DNA of 64,000 nt from Thermoanaerobaculia bacterium (GTDB taxonomy: Bacteria > Acidobacteriota > Thermoanaerobaculia > Multivoradales > Multivoraceae), in contig OY761158.1 of the NCBI GenBank assembly GCA_963664405.1, positions 2,880,001-2,944,000 on the forward strand, written 5' to 3'. The notes under the pieces were generated by a model, which ran no database searches, was not told the DNA's origin, and was given only the letters and a program-made list of their open reading frames with translations. Positions 62,064 through 64,000 of the stretch are shown here, one piece after another. Made by a program: the position numbers and the translations under genes. Position 1 is the stretch's first letter. Each line of letters starts with the position of its first letter.

Positions 62064-63878
62064 ATGGCAGAGACCGGACTCCCCGACCTGCGCTCCTTTC
62101 TCGGCGAGCTTCGCGCCCGCGGCGATGTGGCAGAGATAGAAGCGCCCGTCAGCGCCCACCTGGAGCTTGCCGAGATCCATCGGCGAGTGATCGCTGCGGG
62201 CGGGCCGGCGCTCTTGTTCAAGAACGTCGGCGGTGCGTCGTACCCTTGTGTGACCAACCTCTTCGGCACCGCCGATCGGGCCATGTTGGCCTTCGGCGAG
62301 CGACCGTTCCGGTTGATTCGCAGGCTTGTCGAGGTTGCCCAGGAGCTTGCACCGCCAAGTGCCGCGAAGCTTTGGCAGGCTCGCGACATCGCCGCTGACG
62401 CCCTGCGCATCGGTACACGCAGGACTCGACATGCCCCGGTGCTCGAAGTGGTCGAGCGTGATCCCGATCTGGGGCGCTTGCCGGCGCTGACCAGTTGGCC
62501 GGAGGATGGGGGCCCCTTTCTCACCCTCCCTCTGGTGTACACCGAGCACCCCGAAAACGGCAGTCACAACCTCGGGATCTACCGGATGCAGATCCATGAC
62601 CGCCGGTCCACCGGCATGCACTGGCAGATTGGTAAGGGCGGCGCCTTTCACCATGCGCTTGCCGAGGCTCGTGAAGAGAGTCTGCCGGTGACCGTCTTTC
62701 TCGGAGGACCCCCTGCGCTCATACTCTCGGCAATCGCCCCCCTTCCGGAGAATCTTCCGGAGTTGATGTTGGCCTCTCTTCTGGTGGGGCGGCGGCTCGG
62801 TATGAAGGAGGGAGCCGGCCCTCATCGCTTGGTCGCCGATGCCGAATTCGCTCTAGTGGGTCGGGTGCCGCAGGGGTTGCGTAAGCCCGAGGGACCCTTT
62901 GGCGACCATTACGGCTATTACTCTCTGCAGCACGACTATCCGGTCTTCGAGACTGAGCTGATCGCTCATCGTCGAGACGCGATCTACCCGGCGACCGTGG
63001 TTGGGAAGCCGCGCCAGGAGGATTTCTTCATCGGTGATTTGCTGCAGGACCTACTCTCTCCCCTTTTCCCGCTGGTGATGCCGGGAGTGGAGTCTTTGTG
63101 GTCCTATGGCGAGACCGGCTATCACGCGCTCGCCGCGGCGGTCGTCCGCCAGCGTTACAAGCGGGAGGCGCTCACCTCAGCTTGGCGAATCCTCGGTGAG
63201 GGCCAGCTCTCGCTGACGAAGTTTCTTCTGGTCACCGATCGATCCGTAGACCTGCGCGACTTTCGAGCCACGCTGCAGCACATTCTCGAAAGAACGCGCC
63301 CGCAGACCGATCTCTACATCTTGGCGAACACGTCGATGGACACTCTCGACTACTCCGGAATCGAGGTCAACGAGGGATCGAAAGGAGTTCTCTTCGGATT
63401 GGGCGAGCCGGTCCGAGACCTTCCGCGACAGCTACCCGACGGTGAGCCGCCGTCAGGGGTGCGGCGGGTCGAGGTCTTTTGTCCAGGGTGCCTGGTTGTC
63501 GAGGGGCCGGCGAAGGCCGAGGAGCCGGATCTGGGCTCCCGAGTCGCCTCTCATCCGGCCTTCCGAGAGTGGCCCTTGATCGTGCTCAGTGACGAAGCTC
63601 GGCGTACTGCGCAAAGCTCGATCAACTTTCTATGGACCACCTTCACTCGCTTCGAGCCCGCCAGGGACGTTTGCGCCCGAGAGCGCCGCCTCGAGGGTAA
63701 TCACGTCGCCTTCGAGCCGCCTCTGGTGCTCGATGCGCGACTCCGCGAGGGTTTTCCGGCCGAGCTCGTGTGCAGCCCGGAGATCGCCGAGCTGGTCAGC
63801 CGTCGATGGTCGGAGTACTTCCCCGACGGCATGGAGATGGGAGATTCCGACTCCGCTCACCTAACCCGGGCGGACTAG
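62064..63878 (+). CDS. UbiD-family prFMN-dependent decarboxylase
   Basis: NLGIYRMQ, PEGPFGDHYGYY, GKPRQED, DTLDY. Confidence 0.92.
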   Translation: MAETGLPDLRSFLGELRARGDVAEIEAPVSAHLELAEIHRRVIAAGGPALLFKNVGGASYPCVTNLFGTADRAMLAFGERPFRLIRRLVEVAQELAPPSAAKLWQARDIAADALRIGTRRTRHAPVLEVVERDPDLGRLPALTSWPEDGGPFLTLPLVYTEHPENGSHNLGIYRMQIHDRRSTGMHWQIGKGGAFHHALAEAREESLPVTVFLGGPPALILSAIAPLPENLPELMLASLLVGRRLGMKEGAGPHRLVADAEFALVGRVPQGLRKPEGPFGDHYGYYSLQHDYPVFETELIAHRRDAIYPATVVGKPRQEDFFIGDLLQDLLSPLFPLVMPGVESLWSYGETGYHALAAAVVRQRYKREALTSAWRILGEGQLSLTKFLLVTDRSVDLRDFRATLQHILERTRPQTDLYILANTSMDTLDYSGIEVNEGSKGVLFGLGEPVRDLPRQLPDGEPPSGVRRVEVFCPGCLVVEGPAKAEEPDLGSRVASHPAFREWPLIVLSDEARRTAQSSINFLWTTFTRFEPARDVCARERRLEGNHVAFEPPLVLDARLREGFPAELVCSPEIAELVSRRWSEYFPDGMEMGDSDSAHLTRAD

Positions 63879-64000
63879 GGCGAGCCAGGCGGCCACGGCC
63901 CCGAGGGCAGGCAGCGCAAAGAGCAATGGGACGCGAAGCTGGGGAGCTCGCTTGATCAGCACCACGATGCCGCCGAAGATCAGCCAGATCAGGATCTTCA

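Overview
High-GC bacterial window; the gene content suggests an Acidobacteriota-like organism (inference). The right third is mostly housekeeping (ddl, alpha2-type glycyl-tRNA synthetase, MFS, ATL/MGMT, ECF sigma-anti-sigma-PDZ, UbiD). The rest is a heavily scarred accessory region. Mobile elements with ends read from the sequence: an IS3-type IS splitting a TMTC-like TPR glycosyltransferase, a group II twintron (RT-truncated intron nested in an ORF-less intron), an IS6 truncating a GGDEF-EAL gene, a four-ORF IS21-family element, and a ~477-bp MITE (hit by an IS256) splitting a tandem-PilZ gene. The IS21 element and the MITE have dissimilar terminal repeats but share a structured non-coding motif about 105-110 bp inside one end; this is the most novel-looking signal. 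Also present: tRNA-Glu(CTC), a lower-GC LicC/aminotransferase/LicD/CDP-alcohol phosphotransferase/phosphatase cassette between two copies of a TMTC-like gene, a toxin-antitoxin cluster and an MscS cluster. Several frameshifts lie in homopolymers and may be assembly errors. All calls come from motif recognition by eye; no searches were run.
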